Virus record (IMG/VR): IMGVR_UViG_3300037608_000255 | Location: 1-43,220 of that record | DNA: 43,220 bases | Direction: 5' to 3' (one strand) | From: a virus | Taxonomy: Duplodnaviria > Caudoviricetes | In this document: positions 37,720 through 43,220 of the stretch, piece by piece | Layout: every line of letters starts with the position of its first letter | Position numbering within the stretch: the stretch's first letter is position 1 | Notes under the pieces: model-generated | Databases searched by the model: none | Told to the model about the DNA's origin: nothing | What the model saw: the letters and a program-made list of their open reading frames with translations, nothing else | Position numbers and translations under genes: made by a program

Positions 37720-37900
37720 GGTAGTTTTTGTTTACATGGTTGTTTATGATTACTACCGATGCAACCAAATTGACGAATGTGATCAGGTAGTAAATAGTAT
37801 AAAACGAAAGGCTCTTCTCTCCAGTTGGTTCCGCCGTGGCGGCTAAAAGACACACGATGAAATGTATGAAGATGGCAGTTCCTTTAATGCTTTTGTCCAT
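37676..37900 (-). CDS. Small two-TM membrane protein
   Basis: Two hydrophobic segments; likely start MDKSIKG at 37900. Confidence 0.55.
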   Translation of the reverse strand: MDKSIKGTAIFIHFIVCLLAATAEPTGEKSLSFYTIYYLITFVNLVASVVIINNHVNKNYHAKNATTPNRDRIS

Positions 37901-37910
37901 AACATAGTTT

Positions 37911-38294
37911 TTAAATGTCAAATTCAAATGTGTCAATCTCTCTTCTCACCCTTCTTGCGGTGCGGCATTCTACTCGGCTACTTCGGAATGTCCTGTAAAT
38001 GTCATTATGCTTAAATATTTGGCTTGGGAGTATAACGATCAACAAAGCCAATGACACTAGGCTTCGCTTAATAGGGGAGAGGTCGAATGAAATGCCGAAG
38101 TTTTTACAGAACCACCAAGCCGAAAGCTCGTTAACCTTGGTGCACCCTGTTTTTTCGTAAATACTGCGGGCGTGATTCTCAACGGTACGCTCGCTGATGA
38201 AGAGTTTCTGTGCCACTTCTTTCTTGGTGGCACCCCAGGCCATGTACTTGGCCACCTCATTCTCGCGTTTGGATAAGGTTGCGGTTGCGATCAT
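37911..38294 (-). CDS. LuxR-type HTH regulator
   Basis: LSKRENEV...GATKKEVAQKLFISERTVENHARSIYEK. Confidence 0.85.
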   Translation of the reverse strand: MIATATLSKRENEVAKYMAWGATKKEVAQKLFISERTVENHARSIYEKTGCTKVNELSAWWFCKNFGISFDLSPIKRSLVSLALLIVILPSQIFKHNDIYRTFRSSRVECRTARRVRREIDTFEFDI

Positions 38295-38297
38295 GGG

Positions 38298-39086
38298 TTA
38301 ATCCTCCAACGCTTTACTGAACTTGTTAACAAAGTAAACCTGTCCTTTCCCCGTCACCTTTGGGGTGGTTGAAACCAGCACCGTGCCATCAGGCTTGGTG
38401 ATTGAGGTTTTCTTTATTTCAAACAGCCCTGTCTCCATGGCGCGCTGGGTTGGCATGTTGTGATGCTCACCTGTTTTTCCTAGATATCCATTGCTGCGCA
38501 TCCACTTGAATAAGCGGTTTTGACCTATCTCGTAGCCATTCTGAGTGATGATTTTAGCTAACTCAGCCATAAGGCATGATCGGCTGCTGGTTTCAACGGC
38601 TTGGGCAAAACGCACCCTGGGCATGTTGTGCAGGTTAATCTCCTCCTGTAGGGCTGCTTTGCTCTCGGCAAGTTGGCGCTGCTGGCGCTCCGATTTTAGT
38701 TCGGTTAGTACGCTTATCATAGCGTCAGGGTCAGAGATAGCCTTCTCTACAAAGGATTCGGTTGCGTAAACGCCGTGTTTTCGGATAGATGGCGCAACAT
38801 CATAACATAACCAGTCTTGGAATGCTTCTGCTTCGGGTTTTCTTGATTGAAACGTTGTTTTGTAAATATTTCCTTCATCAACGTAAACCATTGGTTGTAA
38901 CCCTCCGTTAGTAGGGGTGTCCACAGTATGGATACCCTTTGGGTTTAACCTTGTTTTCACATTATTGTGATTAATTATTCCCAAAGCATTGCACACATCG
39001 GCCAAGCAAAATAGCGCTTCCCCATTATTACTTTTGGCTACTCTCACTTCGCCAAACTTGCTGTTGCTGAAAACTTGTAGATTCAT
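38298..39086 (-). CDS. Antirepressor (BRO-N plus ANT/KilAC)
   Basis: FCLADVC...SRKPEAEAFQDW...PSIRKHG; IGQNRLFKWMR...VTGKGQVYF. Confidence 0.9.
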   Translation of the reverse strand: MNLQVFSNSKFGEVRVAKSNNGEALFCLADVCNALGIINHNNVKTRLNPKGIHTVDTPTNGGLQPMVYVDEGNIYKTTFQSRKPEAEAFQDWLCYDVAPSIRKHGVYATESFVEKAISDPDAMISVLTELKSERQQRQLAESKAALQEEINLHNMPRVRFAQAVETSSRSCLMAELAKIITQNGYEIGQNRLFKWMRSNGYLGKTGEHHNMPTQRAMETGLFEIKKTSITKPDGTVLVSTTPKVTGKGQVYFVNKFSKALED

Positions 39087-39277
39087 ACAAGCTGCATTTT
39101 AGGGTTAGTACTCTTTTTGTTCATCCTTTTAGCTAAAGTTTGGGTCTCACGCAATACCCTCTGGATTCCTTCCTTTCCCATTTGCTCTTGAGCAAATAGC
39201 ATCAGTTCTTTAACCTCGTGGCTTAAGTGTAGCCTTTGGTCGCGCTTCTGAGCTTTGGTCATAGTTGTGCCCCCCAT
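39083..39277 (-). CDS. Hypothetical protein
   Basis: 64 aa, coupled between cro and the antirepressor. Confidence 0.55.
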   Translation of the reverse strand: MGGTTMTKAQKRDQRLHLSHEVKELMLFAQEQMGKEGIQRVLRETQTLAKRMNKKSTNPKMQLV

Positions 39278-39507
39278 ACTTCCTTTACTCCGTACTTGGC
39301 GAATATGGCTTCAATGGCCTCTGCCTCGGTTACCTTCGGAACAACCTCACCCTTTAGGCGTCTGTTCCAGTTTGGACGGGTGGTTATGCCAAGGGCATTC
39401 ATAATGTCTTGCCTTACCGCTGGTATATCCTTTTGTTTCACCTGTCCAAAGCCTTTTTGGAATGAAAATCTTCCCTCCATAGTCTTGTCAGTGTTAATAA
39501 TTAGCAT
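39259..39507 (-). CDS. Cro-like HTH protein
   Basis: Small protein divergent from cI; start may be 39480. Confidence 0.65.
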   Translation of the reverse strand: MLIINTDKTMEGRFSFQKGFGQVKQKDIPAVRQDIMNALGITTRPNWNRRLKGEVVPKVTEAEAIEAIFAKYGVKEVWGAQL

Positions 39508-39569
39508 ATATTTGCTATTTGTTAGTGGTTTATAAAGTGTTTACTTTGTATTATTAAATATTTACAATG

Positions 39570-39621
39570 CAAATATAGAGGATACTCTAATATATTGCAA
39601 ATAAAAATAGAGTAAAATCTA
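39570..39621. promoter_or_regulatory. Lysis-lysogeny switch: lytic promoter and repressor operators
   Basis: Minus-strand TTTG(39601-39598)-N20-TATATTTG(39577-39570); TAGAG-GATA-CTCTA at 39576-39589, TAGAG-TAAA-ATCTA at 39608-39621, and a third copy at 39798-39811. Confidence 0.7.
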
Positions 39622-39645
39622 ATATATTTTACAAATATTTTATAT

Positions 39646-40368
39646 ATGCCTGATAATAAGACTATTTCAGAGCGAATAAAAGAATACAGGGACTCTAAAA
39701 AAATTAAAAAAACACATTTTGAGGCTTTGTGTGGACTGTCAAACGGGTATCTTAATTCTGTAAGTAGCCCAAGTGCTGAAAAATTAGAGGCAATACTTAG
39801 AGTATGCTCTGACCTGAACAGGGAGTGGGTTATAACAGGAGTAGGTGAAATGATTAATCATGCATCCGAGGTTAACGACCCCCCAGTAAAATATGAGCTT
39901 AAGGAAAAGGAGTATACCTCGCACCTAGAGGTTAAGCTGGTTACCACTAAAGCAAGGGCAGGGTTCTCGGAATCGTACTATGCCGAAGAGTATTTAGAGG
40001 ATATGCCCACTCTACTGATTGAGGCCGACAAAGAATACAGAGGAAAATACTTGGCCTTTGAGGTGGATGGTGATAGCATGGAGCCAGAGTACCACCCCGG
40101 CGATGTGGTAATTTGCCGTGAGATAAAGCGCGACCTTTGGCGGTACAAATTGCATTACGATACATGGGATTTTGTTATTGCCCACGGAACGAAAGGAATT
40201 ATGCTCAAGCAGATAATGGATCACAATGTGGAGACAGGCGATATTGTTTGCCACTCTATTAATAGCGATATGCACCCTGATTTCACAATAAACCTCCGCG
40301 AGGTGGCTTTTTTATATAACGTGGTTGAGCATCGGATTTCGGGGAAGAGCAAGAGGAGGTATAGGTAG
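39646..40368 (+). CDS. CI-like repressor (HTH plus S24 peptidase)
   Basis: N-terminal HTH ending EWVITGVGEM; ARAG cleavage-site region; VDGDSMEP catalytic Ser. Confidence 0.9.
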   Translation: MPDNKTISERIKEYRDSKKIKKTHFEALCGLSNGYLNSVSSPSAEKLEAILRVCSDLNREWVITGVGEMINHASEVNDPPVKYELKEKEYTSHLEVKLVTTKARAGFSESYYAEEYLEDMPTLLIEADKEYRGKYLAFEVDGDSMEPEYHPGDVVICREIKRDLWRYKLHYDTWDFVIAHGTKGIMLKQIMDHNVETGDIVCHSINSDMHPDFTINLREVAFLYNVVEHRISGKSKRRYR

Positions 40369-40393
40369 TTCAATGTTTGTCAATTTATTGATT

Positions 40394-41104
40394 ATGGGAA
40401 TAATTCAAAAACTATTTGGGAATAGAAAAGAAAAGAAGGTTTCTATTTCAACTGTGGCTAAAGATCATATTCCACAGGGCGCAGTGATTTATGCTGAATC
40501 TGAAATTCCTGAGTATTGCTTAATTGGAAATCTAATATTTGAAAAAAAATATGAAGAGGCAATTGCATTAGGGAAAAAGATGCTTGCTGAAAATCCTTAT
40601 TCAGCAGGAGTTCATGTGAATTTAATGGATGTTTATTTTAAATCGAGAAGTGAAAATATTGAATACTTTGAGTTATCAACAATTCACGCAAAACAAGCAA
40701 TGATTTGTGGTCATAATACGGGTTACGTACAAAACAGACTTGTCATTAATTTAGAAAAGGAAAAACATTTTCATCAAGCAGTCCAACTTTGTGACATTAT
40801 TATATCAGATAAATTCAATTTTTCGTCACATGGAGCAGGAAAAAAAAGCGATTTTAAAACCAGAAAAGATAAGTTACTATGTAAATTATCTCAATCAAAT
40901 GACAGTGAATTGGACAGCCTGTTTACCTATGACCAATTGTTGACTATTTATAAGAATATTGAAGAAAACAACAACCAAGAGGCAAAGCAAATAGCAAAAA
41001 GCGATGAAATGAAGAAGAAATACGAGCAATGGTTTAGCGAAGAGGAGACTAATAAAAGAGCCGATGAATTAAGAGATGCAATATATGGAAACTATAAAGA
41101 TTAA
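40394..41104 (+). CDS. Hypothetical TPR-like lysogenic accessory protein
   Basis: AT-rich helical protein (KKYEEAIALGKKML); start 40373 or 40394. Confidence 0.65.
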   Translation: MGIIQKLFGNRKEKKVSISTVAKDHIPQGAVIYAESEIPEYCLIGNLIFEKKYEEAIALGKKMLAENPYSAGVHVNLMDVYFKSRSENIEYFELSTIHAKQAMICGHNTGYVQNRLVINLEKEKHFHQAVQLCDIIISDKFNFSSHGAGKKSDFKTRKDKLLCKLSQSNDSELDSLFTYDQLLTIYKNIEENNNQEAKQIAKSDEMKKKYEQWFSEEETNKRADELRDAIYGNYKD

Positions 41105-41264
41105 GGTTTTGGAATACTACAACCGCCCCGGCTACTACCCGTACATGCCCAACGAGCTGTTCAGCATACTCGAGCAGGCTTTTTTGGAAGATAAGGAATT
41201 TGTCAATGTTCCTAAGTATCTTTTCGACGCTATGATAAATGTACTAACCCCTAATCCCAACTAG
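41085..41264 (+). CDS. Hypothetical protein
   Basis: Likely ATG at 41085. Confidence 0.55.
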   Translation: METIKIKVLEYYNRPGYYPYMPNELFSILEQAFLEDKEFVNVPKYLFDAMINVLTPNPN

Positions 41265-41266
41265 AC

Positions 41267-41593
41267 ATGGAAGCCAAAGTCGTTAGACCCGAAGCGCACA
41301 ACGTGCAGCGCCGATTCTTCGAGGCCATTGAAATGCTAATTGATCTGGGTAGGATGAACAGCCTTGCGGCTTTCTGCTCGGAGTATGGGCTGCACAGGCC
41401 AAAGTACTCCAACATCAGAACCGCCATAAACGACCCCAGCAAACCCGGAACGGGGTACAAGTTCATCGATATCGACGCGCTGGCCTACCTGGTGAGGGAT
41501 TATGGCGTATCCTCGGAATGGTTGCTGGTGGGTAAGGGTGATATGCTCTCATGGGTTCCCAGCCTGATTGCCAACCAACACGAAAGGGGCTAA
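41267..41593 (+). CDS. XRE-like HTH protein
   Basis: 108 aa; YGVSSEWLLVGKGDM is a typical repressor HTH ending. Confidence 0.65.
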   Translation: MEAKVVRPEAHNVQRRFFEAIEMLIDLGRMNSLAAFCSEYGLHRPKYSNIRTAINDPSKPGTGYKFIDIDALAYLVRDYGVSSEWLLVGKGDMLSWVPSLIANQHERG

Positions 41594-41609
41594 CTGATTA
41601 GCCCCTTTC
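41582..41609. terminator. Bidirectional terminator
   Basis: Perfect 12-bp stem GAAAGGGGCTAA/TTAGCCCCTTTC between convergent transcription units. Confidence 0.75.
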
Positions 41610-41745
41610 TCTCGCTATCTGCGGGTGTTCCTGCTGCTAAAATCTCAGATTCGACCGTCCCAACGCTTTTTACTCGGTTTCAAACGGCGTTCCCCGGAGC
41701 AATGCCCTCCCTCCTTGATTCCAAAACACCCTCTCTTGTGGGTTG

Positions 41746-41818
41746 TAGCGAGGATTGGACTCGAACCAATGACCTTCAGATCATGAATCTGACGAGCTGC
41801 CAACTGCTCTACCTCGCA
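41746..41818 (-). tRNA. tRNA-Met (CAT), initiator-like, CCA not encoded
   Basis: Cloverleaf: GCGAGG/CCTCGC acceptor with 1:72 mismatch, GAGC/GCTC D stem, TCAGA-TTCATGA-TCTGA anticodon arm, TTCGAGT T loop. Confidence 0.9.
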
Positions 41819-41829
41819 ATGTTATAATG

Positions 41830-41849
41830 CAAATGTATTACAGTAGTAC
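41830..41849 (-). promoter_or_regulatory. tRNA promoter -7 element overlapped by a palindromic box (copy 6)
   Basis: Minus-strand TACATTTG at 41837-41830; GTATTACAGTAGTAC at 41835-41849. Confidence 0.6.
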
Positions 41850-41921
41850 GAACAATCCAATATTTAATTCAATTATTTTACAACTTTACACCAAAAATTA
41901 TATACAACTTTTACCCTTCTT

Positions 41922-43220
41922 TTATATACACTGGTTTTTTAGGCAATCCAATACCAGCCTGTTTGCAGTGTCAACGCGGCCAAAGTCCTTCTCGATGTAA
42001 ACATCGGCCATCCTTAACCCTTGATCCACATGGTTAAGGGCAAGATCAACATCATCTTTAGAAACATCGCACTTATTGCGAGCAATGGTGGCCCAGCTGT
42101 GGCGAGCGTAGTATGTAGAGAGGGCAATATCAATCTTTGCTGCTTTGGCCACAACCTTAAGCCCCTTGTTCACGTTGCTGCTAAATATATGACTGGTGGT
42201 GTATCGGGAGTAAAAATCGAAAACCCGCACCCCTTTTTTGTCGATATACTTCTCAATTATTGCCTGCGCCTCGGGTTCAACTTTAATCGAGATAAATGCC
42301 TTATCCTGTCGTCTACCTCTCGTTTTTTGTCTCTCATACTCCAAGCGCCCTTTTTTTAAGCGGGTAACTTCGTACATGTCGGCCAAATTAATTCCCACGA
42401 GGTAAAAGGAGAGCAAAAATACATCCCGGGCAAAAATTGCTCTATCCAGCCCTATTTCCTCATCGGTAAGATTAACTACGGCCCTAATTTCCTGAATGGT
42501 TAGGTTTCTTTTCTTGTTCTCGGGTCGCCTTTTTAGCTTGTACTTTCGGAAAGGGTAGTGAATAATGCGCAGTTCATCCCTGTCCTCGTCGTTAAATTCT
42601 TCCATGGCAGCGTTGAACAGCAGCCGAACGTCGGTCATGTAATCAAACAGGGTGACATCCGAAACAGGGGGGCGTTTCGTTGTTACGGTTTTGCCAAACT
42701 GATTTTTTCTTTTAATAATTCTATCCGTTTTCAAAAACTCCTCGAACTGGGCAAGAAATTTATAGGTTATCTCGGTAATTGACAGCCTTTCTCGGCCATT
42801 AATAAAATCGACCAATGCATTCACGGTTCGTTTCAGGTTATTTGCCGTGTTTTGCCTACCTTTTAAGCGGATCTGCTCAATATGTTTACGGGAAAATTCT
42901 ATAAAATCGATACTATGATCCGTGCCGGGCTTAGCTTCCTTCTGCAGGTAATTTGCCAACTCCTTGGCGGTGTATAGTTCTATCCTGTTACCAAGTTTCT
43001 GCGATTTAATATCCTCATACTTGGCTATGCGCCTATTGAGCTCATTTAAAATGTAAACATCTTTTAGGCTAAAGGTTTTTTTATTTATCTGCTTGTCGGT
43101 AACGTAATACTCGGTATTGATGTAGCATGATTTTCCTTTCCAATAGAGCCGAATAGAAACAGGGTATTTCTCATCCTGTCGCCTTTGATGTTCAAAAACA
43201 CATATTTTAAAAGTTGCCAT
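41922..43220 (-). CDS. int: Phage tyrosine integrase (Bacteroidota type)
   Basis: 432 aa; N-terminal arm-binding-like domain; GINLAD, RQKT, YYARHSWATIA, LNH and catalytic Y (DVYI). Confidence 0.9.
   Translation of the reverse strand: MATFKICVFEHQRRQDEKYPVSIRLYWKGKSCYINTEYYVTDKQINKKTFSLKDVYILNELNRRIAKYEDIKSQKLGNRIELYTAKELANYLQKEAKPGTDHSIDFIEFSRKHIEQIRLKGRQNTANNLKRTVNALVDFINGRERLSITEITYKFLAQFEEFLKTDRIIKRKNQFGKTVTTKRPPVSDVTLFDYMTDVRLLFNAAMEEFNDEDRDELRIIHYPFRKYKLKRRPENKKRNLTIQEIRAVVNLTDEEIGLDRAIFARDVFLLSFYLVGINLADMYEVTRLKKGRLEYERQKTRGRRQDKAFISIKVEPEAQAIIEKYIDKKGVRVFDFYSRYTTSHIFSSNVNKGLKVVAKAAKIDIALSTYYARHSWATIARNKCDVSKDDVDLALNHVDQGLRMADVYIEKDFGRVDTANRLVLDCLKNQCI

Larger units (their letters stand above)
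1..43220. mobile_element. Temperate tailed phage/prophage (siphovirus-like) of Bacteroidota; truncated at both window edges
   Basis: Ordered integrase-repressor-replication-terminase-portal-capsid-tail modules; long tape measure and no sheath gene; TAnnTTTG promoter elements. Confidence 0.95.

Noticed and set aside
41640-41690. Hammerhead-like words GAAACCG...CGGTC and CTGAGA on the minus strand
   Set aside because: Only 4 nt are available for stem I and the stem II strands are not complementary
41746-41818. tRNA as the host integration site (attL/attR)
   Set aside because: It lies between the integrase and other phage genes, its promoter carries the phage palindromic box, and no duplicated 3' end is visible; not fully excludable without flanking sequence
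1-43220. Diversity-generating retroelement
   Set aside because: No reverse transcriptase and no TR/VR pair seen in this window

Overview
This window is most of a temperate, tailed (siphovirus-like) phage or prophage of a Bacteroidota host. The host call rests on TAnnTTTG -7 promoter elements and the protein families present. From right to left it carries: a tyrosine integrase, a phage initiator-type tRNA-Met(CAT), a cI/cro switch with TAGAG-N4-CTCTA operators, an antirepressor, recombination/replication genes (with an iteron-like ori), terminase, portal, a MuF protein with a C-terminal HEXXH domain, head genes, neck genes, a tail tube, a frameshifted tail chaperone, tape measure, and Dit/Tal-like genes that run off the left edge. 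No lysis genes or att ends are visible. An ~8.3 kb plus-strand accessory block (11.7-19.9 kb) is inserted antisense inside the head module. It holds small acidic proteins, three DNA methyltransferases, a MazG-like dNTP pyrophosphohydrolase and, most notably, an integron-like platform. That platform comprises a short IntI-like recombinase, one complete attC-like hairpin and two cassette-like genes, one of which resembles a stand-alone beta-clamp domain I. Two recurrent non-coding signals stand out: a six-copy palindromic GTATYAC-N-GTRATAC box at promoters and a CCGCAAC motif immediately upstream of several start codons. All product calls come from motifs, synteny and recalled family resemblance; no database search was run.
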